Notes under the pieces: generated by a model
Databases searched by the model: none
Told to the model about the DNA's origin: nothing
Seen by the model: only the letters and a program-made list of their open reading frames with translations
Source: an uncultured Verrucomicrobiae bacterium
GTDB lineage: Bacteria; Verrucomicrobiota; Verrucomicrobiia; Chthoniobacterales; JAFAMB01
Reading direction: 5' to 3'
NCBI GenBank assembly: GCA_963813025.1
Contig: CAWEXO010000001.1
Coordinates: 64,001-128,000 of the forward strand
Length of the DNA: 64,000 bases
Program-made: the position numbers and the translations under genes
Shown: piece by piece, positions 49,248 to 58,286 of the stretch
How the letters are laid out: each line of letters begins with the position of its first letter
How positions within the stretch are numbered: position 1 is the first letter of the stretch

Positions 49248-49604
49248 TCAGGGCCGCTCTCGTGTCGTTGAAGCGCTGACATAAGCCGTGTCCGCCAGAA
49301 CAAACTTCCTGGCTTCGACTTGAAGTTCGCGGAAATGGAATCGCTCCAGCAACGCATCTGCCAGCCGCGACACGAAAGTCTCCAGAAGGCGCGTCTCAGC
49401 CCGCTCAGCAAAACGAGCACATTCCTGGGCGACCTCGCCATAGTCAATCGTCCGATCGATCTGGTCCTCCAGCTCGGAAAACCTTGAAGCTAACCGGTAG
49501 CGTATCGTGATGGAGAGTTGCTGCTCTGCGCTCCTCTCTGCCGCCGGCACTCCAATCCGGCTCCGTACGTTGAGTTCGCGGATCTCGATCCAATCAGCCT
49601 GCAT
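49248..49604 (-). CDS. folB: Dihydroneopterin aldolase
   Basis: IGV...ER...Q, D.IDRTIDY, LLET, V...K. Confidence 0.88.
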   Translation of the reverse strand: MQADWIEIRELNVRSRIGVPAAERSAEQQLSITIRYRLASRFSELEDQIDRTIDYGEVAQECARFAERAETRLLETFVSRLADALLERFHFRELQVEARKFVLADTAYVSASTTRERP

Positions 49605-49637
49605 CGCTCGCAAATCGCTGAGATTTGCGAGCGATGC
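49601..49637. promoter_or_regulatory. Perfect 16-bp hairpin covering the folB start codon
   Basis: GCATCGCTCGCAAATC-gctga-GATTTGCGAGCGATGC. Confidence 0.6.
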
Positions 49638-49640
49638 GGG

Positions 49641-50000
49641 CTACCCTAACCGAAAACGGATATCTTTGATTATACCACCACCGAAACGCTGTTTAAGCTT
49701 CCGCAAAACCAGCGGTTTCCATTTCCGGTCCAGTTCGTAAAGAATCGTAGGCTGCACGACGTGCACAACCAAAGTTCCTTCCCAGAGTTTTGCCGGATGC
49801 GAATGTCGGGCGAAAAACTCGCCGACGACTGCGCTCCACGCCGCCAGTACTTCCTGTTCCTTTAAGCGGCTGGCCAAGCCCAGCTTTGGTGCCAGCAATT
49901 TCAGCACTTCGCCTACCGAAACGGTGCGATCGGCCTTCTCTTCCCCTTGGGGTAAACCGCGCCACTCTTCCAGAACATAACCCCGCAGAGAGCGCTTCAT
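49641..50000 (-). CDS. DUF721 / DciA family protein
   Basis: W..VVG...A.HS.P..L..G.L.V.V.....EL....K...L..L......I..IRF pattern. Confidence 0.82.
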   Translation of the reverse strand: MKRSLRGYVLEEWRGLPQGEEKADRTVSVGEVLKLLAPKLGLASRLKEQEVLAAWSAVVGEFFARHSHPAKLWEGTLVVHVVQPTILYELDRKWKPLVLRKLKQRFGGGIIKDIRFRLG

Positions 50001-50064
50001 CGGTGGTTCTCAGATAACGCTGCCGGCGTGGTTACCGCCTGGATACGGGTCCTGCGGGAGGAGT

Positions 50065-50298
50065 TCAGGCGCCGTCGTTCCCAATGGCCTCAACCGGGCA
50101 ACCTTCCATGGCCTCCTTGCAAAGAGCCTCTTCTTCCGGAGACGTCGGCTGCTTGTACACATAGGAGTGACCGCCGTCATCATCCCGGGTAAAATTCGCC
50201 GGGGCCGTTTCACGACAGAGATCACAATCGATGCACTGATCGTCCACGTAAAACATGCCTGCTACGTTTTGTGCGTACTTGTTCGCAACGTCTGCCAT
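50065..50298 (-). CDS. Ferredoxin (single 4Fe-4S)
   Basis: CIDCDLC...CPVEAI. Confidence 0.93.
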   Translation of the reverse strand: MADVANKYAQNVAGMFYVDDQCIDCDLCRETAPANFTRDDDGGHSYVYKQPTSPEEEALCKEAMEGCPVEAIGNDGA

Positions 50299-50460
50299 AA
50301 TAACCTGAGTTCCTGGTTCGCCTTAAACTCTGCGTATCGGGACAATAGTTCCTGCCAAAGCCTGCTAATCTAACAACGGATCTGCTGACTGCAAGTAGCG
50401 CCTTCGAGCGCCGCCGCGCCGGGCGAGGCCGCGCCTCAGACCCCAAGCGGCGGGCACTCT

Positions 50461-51279
50461 TCAAAGGGCCAGACGACGAAAAATCTCGTCGAGCGGTACT
50501 TGCAAGCCGATGTAAAATTCGCCGAAGTCGGCAAACTGAGCACTCACTTCGTCAAATCGCATTTCGTAAACGATCTTTTTAATGTCAAACACGTCATGAG
50601 CGAAGAGCGAAACGCCCCATTCCCAATCGTCTAGTCCGGTGGCGCCGGTAATCAACTGCCTGACCCGACCGGAGAACCGGCGTCCGACGCGCGCATGACC
50701 GGCCATTAGTTTTTTGCGCTGCTCAAAGGGGAGAGCGTACCAGTTCTGCCCAGCGAGGCGACGTTTGGTCATGGGATAGAAACAAAACACCGGCCAATCC
50801 GGCATATTTGGATAGAGCCGATCGGAAAGGTACTTGGCCATACGGCTGTTGAATTCCGCGAGAGCATTCGCATACTCCGGCGTTCCGGGCGTCAACCCGC
50901 GTTCATCGGTCAGCGTAGCAACGTACTCCGTTTCGGTGGTGGTGTATTCGCTGCGTTCGGTGAGGGAGTAGAAGCTGAATACCGGGGTCAGAACGTCAGG
51001 ACTGAGTGACTGAGTGAGGCGCTTCTCAATACTGTTGGCTTCGTGCAGGTCCTCCGCAAGCAGCATAAACCCGAGATCAGCTTTCGCGGTCAGCATGCTG
51101 AAAACGAGCAGCTGGGTCGCCGGCAAACAGCGAATTTCCTGCACCACCGCCGTCAACGCGGTTTTGCTTTTCACCTTTTCAGCGGCATCAAGAAGCTGCC
51201 ATTGGCCGTGTTCAATCCGGTAAAACAGGTGCAGCACGTTCCAGCCTTCCTGCGGTCGCAGAGTCGTTTTCGCGGACAT
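50461..51279 (-). CDS. hemQ: Coproheme decarboxylase / chlorite dismutase-like protein (HemQ/ChdC)
   Basis: FYPMTKRR, NWY.LP, M..H..GR, GLDDWEWGV.LF, YEMRFDEVSA. Confidence 0.85.
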   Translation of the reverse strand: MSAKTTLRPQEGWNVLHLFYRIEHGQWQLLDAAEKVKSKTALTAVVQEIRCLPATQLLVFSMLTAKADLGFMLLAEDLHEANSIEKRLTQSLSPDVLTPVFSFYSLTERSEYTTTETEYVATLTDERGLTPGTPEYANALAEFNSRMAKYLSDRLYPNMPDWPVFCFYPMTKRRLAGQNWYALPFEQRKKLMAGHARVGRRFSGRVRQLITGATGLDDWEWGVSLFAHDVFDIKKIVYEMRFDEVSAQFADFGEFYIGLQVPLDEIFRRLAL

Positions 51280-51332
51280 GGCGTAACGCTAGGGAAAAAC
51301 GACGGAGGTTCAATGTCCAACTGGCACTGGCG

Positions 51333-51402
51333 CTGATAGCCGATGGCCGATGACAACTGGCAGCACTAGCACTAGCACTAGCACTGCCACTGGCACTGTG
51401 CC
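51333..51402. repeat. Composite heptamer + hexamer tract in reverse orientation
   Basis: Reverse complement of the pattern at 35.9 kb and 46.9 kb, including the GACAAC junction. Confidence 0.85.
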
Positions 51403-51412
51403 ACTGTTCTCT

Positions 51413-52228
51413 GTGCCAACTGAGATCAAGCGAGCGGCTCTCCGTGCGGTGCTGGCGAGTCAACAGCGTTTAATGGTGGCGTATTCGGGTGGCGTCGATA
51501 GCTCCTATCTCCTGGCCGAAGCGGTCGATGTCCTGGGCGATGCCGCTTTGGCGGTAATTGCGGACAGTCCCAGTTTGCCGCGCAAATCCCTGGAAAATGC
51601 TCTCACGCTGGCGCGCGATCTTGGTGGAAAAATCGAGGTGCTCGAGACTGAGGAATTGAGTGATCCGCGCTACTCCAGCAACCCCGTCAACCGCTGTTAT
51701 TTCTGCAAAGCGGAGCTGTTTCAACGGATGGAACAATTGGCCCGCAGGCGCGGTTACCGCGCGCTCGCCTACGGCGAGAATGCAGATGATGCCTTGGAAG
51801 TGCGCCCCGGCTCCCGAGCCGCCGAGGAATTTCACGTCCTTGCGCCATTGCGTTTAGCCGGTCTCACGAAGGCGGAGATCCGGCAACTGCTGCGATCCCG
51901 GAACCTCTCGATCGCCGATGCGCCAGCGCAGCCATGTCTCAGTTCACGCATTCCTCACGGCATTCCGGTCACGGCCGCGGCTCTGGGTTCAATCGAAAGG
52001 GCGGAGGACTGGGTCCGGGCCTTTGGCTTGCGGGTTTTCCGGGTCCGTTACTTACCGGGCGAGGGCGAAACTGGCCCGCGAGCTCGTTTGCAGGTTGCTC
52101 AGGACGAGATGCATCTGCTGCAGGGCCGTGAAACCGAAGTTCTGAGCGAGCTCCTCCGAGCCGGCTTTTCCGAGGCGATGATTGATCCGAACGGCTATCG
52201 GCCGCCGGTTCGGCAAATGACTCGATAG
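51413..52228 (+). CDS. larE: LarE-like PP-loop sulfur transferase
   Basis: AYSGGVDS, NRCYFCK, RPG..AA, PCLSSR, RVR; start uncertain (GTG 51398 or 51413). Confidence 0.85.
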   Translation: MPTEIKRAALRAVLASQQRLMVAYSGGVDSSYLLAEAVDVLGDAALAVIADSPSLPRKSLENALTLARDLGGKIEVLETEELSDPRYSSNPVNRCYFCKAELFQRMEQLARRRGYRALAYGENADDALEVRPGSRAAEEFHVLAPLRLAGLTKAEIRQLLRSRNLSIADAPAQPCLSSRIPHGIPVTAAALGSIERAEDWVRAFGLRVFRVRYLPGEGETGPRARLQVAQDEMHLLQGRETEVLSELLRAGFSEAMIDPNGYRPPVRQMTR

Positions 52229-52258
52229 CAGGCGGGCTTCTCTCACGGTTCTTCCACT

Positions 52259-52284
52259 CGGTAGGGACGAGCTCCCGCTCGTCC
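52259..52284. repeat. Solitary family B REP unit
   Basis: CGGTAGGGACGAGCTCCCGCTCGTCC hairpin. Confidence 0.75.
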
Positions 52285-52392
52285 AAATCGCGGAGACAAA
52301 ATTCCGTTGCCCCTGCCGACGCTTTGCGCTATTGACTTCCCTCCCCTGTTTCCGGCGTCCTGCGACCTGGAGCAAGGGCCCGTAGGTATCCT

Positions 52393-52743
52393 ATGATTTT
52401 GACGATTTTCCTCTTGGCGCAACAGGCTTCCCCGGCCGCTCCTGCACCCGCGCCGCAGACTAGCTTCCTGCCGACGATCGCGATCTACGTCTGCTTTTTT
52501 ATTATCATCTATTTTTTGATGTTCCGGCCAAATCAGAAAAAGCAGAGGGAACGTGCGCAACTGATGGCCAGCCTCAAGACCGGCGACAGGGTGGTAACCA
52601 CGAGTGGTATCCACGGGCTGGTGTCCAATGTAAAGGATTCCACTCTCCTGCTCAAAATTGCTGATAACGTAAAGATCGAGGTCGAGAAAAGCGCTATTTC
52701 CTCCGTGGCTCGGCCGAGCGAAGCGACAAAATCAGTGACCTAG
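52393..52743 (+). CDS. yajC: Preprotein translocase subunit YajC
   Basis: YFLMFRPNQKKQ, LKTGDRVVT.SGIHG, K.AI. Confidence 0.95.
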   Translation: MILTIFLLAQQASPAAPAPAPQTSFLPTIAIYVCFFIIIYFLMFRPNQKKQRERAQLMASLKTGDRVVTTSGIHGLVSNVKDSTLLLKIADNVKIEVEKSAISSVARPSEATKSVT

Positions 52744-52754
52744 GAGGGGCGTCG

Positions 52755-55124
52755 ATGAATCCCACCCTCACGTTTTTTTTCGGTCTCCTGCTCCTGGTTA
52801 TATTTGCCTGGTACTTCGTTAGCGAGAAAGACCGGGTAAAACGCTGGCTGGCCACTGTTCTGACCGTCCTGCTCTGCGCTTTTTGTATCGATTCGTTCCT
52901 GCCGCTGGATCAGAAGATTCGCCTTGGCCTGGATTTGCAGGGCGGCACGTCTTTTCTGATCCGGTTGGTTTCACCGACCGGCGAGAACGGCGCACCGCGG
53001 ACTATTACGCCGGAGATGCAGGACCAGGCGGTCGAAGTCATCCGCCGGCGCGTCGACCAGTTCGGGGTCAGTGAACCCGTCATTACCAAGCAAGGGATCG
53101 ACCGGATCCTGGTCCAGATACCGGGCCTCGATACCGCACAAATCGAGAACGCTCGCCAGCAGCTTCAACGTGTCGCCAAACTGGAGTTTCGGCTGGTTCA
53201 CCCGAACATGGATACTCTGCTTCCGCAAATTGAGTCGGGGGCAACGTTCACTCCTCCGGGGTACGTCATTTTACCGGGGAAACCTGAGCAGCCGATCGAG
53301 GGAACGGCTAAAAGCGCTCCGAAAGCGGCGAAGTACCTGGTCAAAAGGCGGCCTGAGCTAACCGGCGACCAGATCACCCGGGCCCAAGCGACTTTCGAGA
53401 CACGCGGCTACGAGGTCTCTCTGAAATTTACCAGTCAGGGCGCCGAGATCTTTCGCACGGTTACGCGGGACAACATCAATAATCGGTTGGCTATCGTGCT
53501 GGACGGCGAGGTGATCTCCGCTCCCGTCATTCAAAGCGAGATTCCCAACGGCCAGGCTGTAATCACTGGGAATTTTACGGCAGACGAGGCTCGCGCGCTG
53601 GCCAGTGCGCTCGAGAATCCGCTCCAGACTCCCGTGGTCATCGATGAGATGAACAGCGTCTCGGCCACACTTGGACACGACTCGATTATGGGAGGAGTCA
53701 TCGCTGGTCTGGCCGGGCTCGGCGCAACCCTCCTCTTCGTGCTGATCTATTATCGAACGGCGGGCGCAGTGGCTCTCATCGGGCTTGCCGTCAACGGGAT
53801 CCTGCTATTCGGGATCATGTCGCTATTCGGTTTCGTCCTCACCCTGCCGGGTATCGCCGGTATTATCCTGACGATCGGCATGGCGGTGGATTCCAATGTC
53901 CTGATCTACGAACGCTTGCGCGAGGAGCTTGATTCCGGCAAAACGTTGCGACCCGCTATCGAAGCCGCTTACCGGAAGGCGTTCAGCGCCATTTTTGATG
54001 CGAACGTAACGACGCTGATCACTGCCGGCATCCTCTTTTGGTTAGGCTCCGGTCCGGTCAAGGGATTCGCCGTCACCCTGACGGTCGGTATCATCGCTTC
54101 CATGTTTTCCGCGTTGCTGGTTACCCGAAACGTATTCAGCTGGGCCAACGCCTTCAATGCAATCAAGCGCATCTCGATGCTGCACTTGATCCGATCGAAA
54201 AGTTTTGATTTTCTCGGCAAGCGCCGGATCGCGATCGCCGGATCTCTTCTGTTGATTGCCGCTTCCATCGCGGCTTTCGCCATTCAGCGGCAGAATGCTC
54301 TGAATATAGATTTCACCGGAGGCGACCTTTTGCGGATTCACGCCGACAAACCGTTGACGGAGGCGGAGGTGCGCGGTCAGTTGGAAAAAATCGGCTTGGG
54401 CGACGTCGTGATTCAGCGAGAAACCAACCGGGTGAACAACCAAGTCATCAACTACTTTGAGATCCGTTCCCCGTTCCAGACGGCTTCCCGGATTACCGCG
54501 CAACTGCAGCAGGGCTTGCCCCAGGTACATCTGACCGTTGACAAGTCGGTCGGTGTCGGACCGGTTATCGGTTCAAGCTTAGCGAAAACATCCTTGCTGG
54601 CCCTCGCTCTGGGAGTTCTGGGAATCCTCATTTACGTCACGCTTCGGTTCGAATTCTCTTTTGCCGTGGGTGCAATCGTGGCCCTGGTGCATGATGTCAT
54701 TATTACTTTGGGAGTGTTTGTCCTGACCGGACACAAGCTCTCGCTGGAAGTCGTCAGCGCCGTCCTCACTATCGGTGGGTATTCGATTAACGATACCATT
54801 GTCGTTTTCGACCGAATCCGTGAAGGCTTTCACGCCGGCCGGAAAGGGAGCACTCAGGCCATCATGAACGCCAGCATCAATGAGACACTGAGCCGGACCT
54901 TGCTCACCAGCGGTGTCACCCTGATTTGTATGCTTTCGCTGCTGTTTTTTGGCGGCGCCGTCCTGCACGATTTCGCTTTCACCATAGTAATCGGCATCGT
55001 GGTCGGAACGTACTCTTCGATTTTTATCGCTTCCCCGATCGTTCTCTGGTGGAGCGATTGGCGAAAAGGCAACCTGCGGCGCGAAGTGACCAAGCCCCAG
55101 GCACAGCAGCCCGCCAAAGCCTGA
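52755..55124 (+). CDS. secDF: Protein translocase SecDF fusion
   Basis: LGLDLQGG, GMAVDSNVLIYER, IDFTGG, GYSINDTIVVFDRIRE in one ORF. Confidence 0.96.
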   Translation: MNPTLTFFFGLLLLVIFAWYFVSEKDRVKRWLATVLTVLLCAFCIDSFLPLDQKIRLGLDLQGGTSFLIRLVSPTGENGAPRTITPEMQDQAVEVIRRRVDQFGVSEPVITKQGIDRILVQIPGLDTAQIENARQQLQRVAKLEFRLVHPNMDTLLPQIESGATFTPPGYVILPGKPEQPIEGTAKSAPKAAKYLVKRRPELTGDQITRAQATFETRGYEVSLKFTSQGAEIFRTVTRDNINNRLAIVLDGEVISAPVIQSEIPNGQAVITGNFTADEARALASALENPLQTPVVIDEMNSVSATLGHDSIMGGVIAGLAGLGATLLFVLIYYRTAGAVALIGLAVNGILLFGIMSLFGFVLTLPGIAGIILTIGMAVDSNVLIYERLREELDSGKTLRPAIEAAYRKAFSAIFDANVTTLITAGILFWLGSGPVKGFAVTLTVGIIASMFSALLVTRNVFSWANAFNAIKRISMLHLIRSKSFDFLGKRRIAIAGSLLLIAASIAAFAIQRQNALNIDFTGGDLLRIHADKPLTEAEVRGQLEKIGLGDVVIQRETNRVNNQVINYFEIRSPFQTASRITAQLQQGLPQVHLTVDKSVGVGPVIGSSLAKTSLLALALGVLGILIYVTLRFEFSFAVGAIVALVHDVIITLGVFVLTGHKLSLEVVSAVLTIGGYSINDTIVVFDRIREGFHAGRKGSTQAIMNASINETLSRTLLTSGVTLICMLSLLFFGGAVLHDFAFTIVIGIVVGTYSSIFIASPIVLWWSDWRKGNLRREVTKPQAQQPAKA

Positions 55125-55186
55125 CATCTCGGCCAAGAGCGTCTTCGAAGATTTCAACAGAGAAAATCGATGTCGACTCTTCCGCA

Positions 55187-56428
55187 CTAGCGACCACAGA
55201 GTTCCAGCTCTTCTAAAACGCGGTCGGCCTCTTGGGCGGTGTTATAGTGGACGAACCCGACGCGAACCACCCCGCCGGAATCCTCCAGCCCAAGCTGCTT
55301 GATCAGCTCAACCGCGTAGAAATGGCCGTTCCAGACAAACACTCCTCGATTACCAAGCCGTTGGGCAGTTTCCGCGGGAGATTGTCCGTCAACTCGCAAT
55401 GCGAAGGTCGGTGTCCGGCGATTCAGAGTATTGAGCTCCGCTAATCCGAAAAGCCGAATACCTTGCAATCGTTGCAAGCCTTCCAGGAAACGCCGGCTGA
55501 GGCTCATCTCATAATTCTCGATCGCCGACATGGCTTCGCGTAAACCGCCGTCGTGGCCGACTTGCCCAGCAAGTCGCCGCAGATAGTCCAGCGCGGCCAC
55601 CGCACCCGCGATCCCCTCTAAGTTTGCGGTTCCAGTCTCCCACTTGCCCGGCGCGTCCTCCGGAGCCGGCCGAACCCGATAGCTTTCCAGATTTTCCAAA
55701 AAGTCCAGTCGACCCCAAAGCACACCGAGATGCGGTCCAAAAAATTTGTAAACCGAACAGACCAGGAAATCGCAATCGAGTTTTTGCACATCGATGGGCG
55801 CATGCGGAGCGTAGTGCACCGCGTCAACGAAAGTCTGCGCCCCGGCTGCTTTGGCAAGCCGGAGGGCAGCGGCTGCATCCAGCCGGCTGCCGGTCGCATT
55901 CGAAGCCAAACCAACCGCGAGTAACCGGGTTCGATCGGAAACCAGCTCCGGCAAGTCCGCAATCGACAGGGTGCAGCACTCTGGACGGACCTTCCACACT
56001 TTGACGGTTACTCCTCGTTCGGCGGCGGCGAGGCGCCACGGTGTGATGTTGGCATCGTGGTCCAGCGAGGTAACAATGATTTCGTCGCCTGGTTTCCACG
56101 TCCGGGCAAGCGCTCTGCTCAAACCGAAGGTGAGTGTCGTCATGTTAGGCCCAAAGACGATCTCTTCCGGTTGTCTGGCGTTCAGGAACTCAGCCATGGC
56201 CTCCCGGCCGCATTGCACGAGTTCGCCGGTTTGGCGGCTCAAAACAAATTGGCCACCTAAATTGCTGTTCTGCCGACGATAATAATCGGTCACGGCCTGG
56301 ATCACGACGGCTGGGACCTGGGTACCTCCTGGTCCGTCCAGGAAAACCGCGGCCCGGCCTTCAACGATCAGCCGAAGAGAAGGGAACTGGTCTCGAACCC
56401 AGGAAATCGGAAAGAGTGATTCAGTCAT
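55187..56428 (-). CDS. Cysteine desulfurase-like class V PLP enzyme (lacks the persulfide Cys)
   Basis: LDGPGGTQVP, LDHDAN..PW, DAVHYAPH, CSVYKFFGPH (PLP Lys), GHFYA in place of GHHCA. Confidence 0.88.
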   Translation of the reverse strand: MTESLFPISWVRDQFPSLRLIVEGRAAVFLDGPGGTQVPAVVIQAVTDYYRRQNSNLGGQFVLSRQTGELVQCGREAMAEFLNARQPEEIVFGPNMTTLTFGLSRALARTWKPGDEIIVTSLDHDANITPWRLAAAERGVTVKVWKVRPECCTLSIADLPELVSDRTRLLAVGLASNATGSRLDAAAALRLAKAAGAQTFVDAVHYAPHAPIDVQKLDCDFLVCSVYKFFGPHLGVLWGRLDFLENLESYRVRPAPEDAPGKWETGTANLEGIAGAVAALDYLRRLAGQVGHDGGLREAMSAIENYEMSLSRRFLEGLQRLQGIRLFGLAELNTLNRRTPTFALRVDGQSPAETAQRLGNRGVFVWNGHFYAVELIKQLGLEDSGGVVRVGFVHYNTAQEADRVLEELELCGR

Positions 56429-56476
56429 CGCAGCCTTCCCCGGTCGCAAGTCTCTAAGGATTTTGAGCGATGCAGG

Positions 56477-57115
56477 CTAAGCTGTCATCACAAACACGTC
56501 GCGCACGCCTTCGCCGGACGTTTGGGGGTAGAGGGCACTCGTGTAATGAAATAGCCGCCGGTCATTGACCAACACAAATTCGCCAGGTTGTAGTTCCTTC
56601 GCAAAAATCGGCGGTTTCTCCGGATCGCTGTACAGATGAGTCTCGGCGCCATACAGGTTTCGCCGCTTGATGCAGAAGATGCCCACGAAATCAAAACCGT
56701 CCTGGTGAATGCCTTCAGGAGCCGGTTCTCCTTGTTCCTCCGGCGAGGCAACCACGCGGATCTGATGAACTCCTACCTCTGTGGTCACTGGATCGATCTT
56801 CGAGAAATCAACAAATTTTGCGACAAGCAGCTTGAATTCTGTCATCTCGATCAAGCCGGCCTCCAGCTCTTCGAAATCCCGTTTCACGCCCCCCGCCAGC
56901 TTATTGACCCGGGCGCTCTGTTCAAAAACTTTGTGGTCAAGCCGGGTCAGATTTTCCGGCTCTCCGCGGAAACGGGAAAACCGCCGCCGCCGAAAATTTC
57001 CCTTAATGTAAGGGTCTCGCGGAAGCCGGCTGAAAAATGGTTCAAAGACCATCTCCGAAAAACTGGAAAGAAGCTGAACCTTGTAATCAAAATCAGTGTT
57101 TTGCAGGAGGGACAT
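56477..57115 (-). CDS. 2OG-Fe(II) dioxygenase (2OG-Fe_Oxy_2 type)
   Basis: DPY...R.RRFS, HQIR, PEGIHQDG (HxD), H.TS, RDV. Confidence 0.85.
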   Translation of the reverse strand: MSLLQNTDFDYKVQLLSSFSEMVFEPFFSRLPRDPYIKGNFRRRRFSRFRGEPENLTRLDHKVFEQSARVNKLAGGVKRDFEELEAGLIEMTEFKLLVAKFVDFSKIDPVTTEVGVHQIRVVASPEEQGEPAPEGIHQDGFDFVGIFCIKRRNLYGAETHLYSDPEKPPIFAKELQPGEFVLVNDRRLFHYTSALYPQTSGEGVRDVFVMTA

Positions 57116-57162
57116 CTATAAACGTACTTCCGTCGGGAGGGACAAACAACTCGGAGGGCGCT

Positions 57163-57275
57163 TCATCGGCCATCGGTCCTCGGTCATCAGCTATCGGTCA
57201 TCAGCTATCGATTATCGGACATCGTCATCCGTCATCGGCCATCGTCATCCGTCATCCGTCATCAGCTATCGGCAG
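57163..57275. repeat. Heptamer tandem repeat tract (TCGGYCA/TCAGCTA/TCCGTCA)
   Basis: About 15 degenerate units between divergent genes. Confidence 0.85.
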
Positions 57276-57303
57276 TTGGCTCTCCGATGTATGCTGGCCA
57301 TCT

Positions 57304-57723
57304 ATGGACTTTGTCACCAGACCGTCCTTTACGTTCCGTCGCGAAACCGGGCTGCCGGACATCGATGCGGTGGTCGATTTATACAAAAGCTGCACGCTGG
57401 GCGCGCGGAGACCGGTCGATGATCGTCAACGGATGTTGGCCATGCTGAAAGGCGCTAACCTGATAATTACCGCATGGGACGCGCAACAATTGATCGGCAT
57501 TGCCCGTTCACTTTCTGATTTCTCGTACGTAACCTATCTTTCTGACCTCGCAGTGCGCGAGAGTCACCAGAGTCTGGGCATTGGCAAAGAACTTCTCCGC
57601 CGCACACAGGAGGCGGGGGGCTCCGCAGTACACGTGGTTCTCATCGCCGCACCTGGAGTCGACGACTACTATCGAAAACTTGGCTTGGAGTCGCGTACTG
57701 GATTCGTGCTCGTGGCTCACTGA
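57304..57723 (+). CDS. GNAT family N-acetyltransferase
   Basis: LIGIAR.LSDF....YLSDLAV...Q.LGIGK.L, YY.KLG; start placed after the satellite. Confidence 0.88.
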   Translation: MDFVTRPSFTFRRETGLPDIDAVVDLYKSCTLGARRPVDDRQRMLAMLKGANLIITAWDAQQLIGIARSLSDFSYVTYLSDLAVRESHQSLGIGKELLRRTQEAGGSAVHVVLIAAPGVDDYYRKLGLESRTGFVLVAH

Positions 57724-57787
57724 CTGGACGCAGTTTGCCGACTATCGATTTAGTGGGTGTCAGTGGTCGCTCCACGTGTCTTTGGAC

Positions 57788-57950
57788 GGTAGGGCGAGAA
57801 TTCAGAGATTGTCTCGCAACCCACGTTGGTAGGGGCAAGCTCCGCTTGAACCTCCTTATTGTGGATCACGTCTCGATTTGGACGAGCAGAGCTCATCCCT
57901 ACCGAACGCTGGTGGCCACGGAGCGGTAGGGACCGGCTCCGTCGGTCCGC
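57788..57950. repeat. Family A stub + MITE-like end (57805) + family B REP pair
   Basis: GGTAGGGCGAGAATTCA|GAGATTGTCTCGCAAC..GGTAGGGGCAAGC...GCTCATCCCTACCG. Confidence 0.8.
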
Positions 57951-57962
57951 TTTCTGACGCGA

Positions 57963-58286
57963 TCAGCGTCCGGTGATCGCCCCCGTGCGCACCTCATCGA
58001 GAAAGGCGAGCATCCGGTTCAAAGCTTCTCGCCCTGCCGGGTCGTCCAAGTTGAACTGGTACTCGTGCGGAAGCGGCGGAACACGGGAAGCCGGGAAGCA
58101 AAGAGTCTCGACGTGGACACCCAGGCCACTGAGTTCCTGTGCGAGCGCGACAGCCTGCGATTCCAACGGGTCGCCATTGCCGCTCGAGATAAAGCTCGGC
58201 GGGAAGGCACGGGTTACATGGCCCGTGACGGACATCAGCCCGAACCGCTCATCCTCCCGCTCAGCCCGTTCAACCCTGACGTTCAC
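57963..58286 (-). pseudogene. C-terminal remnant of an alpha/beta hydrolase
   Basis: FPPSFISSGNGDPL (Asp) and LPHEYQF (His) present; no GxSxG nucleophile; only 107 aa. Confidence 0.7.

Noticed and set aside
48380..49447. 355-aa minus-strand ORF
   Set aside because: Antisense or alternate-frame shadow of bioD and folB with no motifs; likewise 33223-34323, 29506-30378 and 44988-45860.
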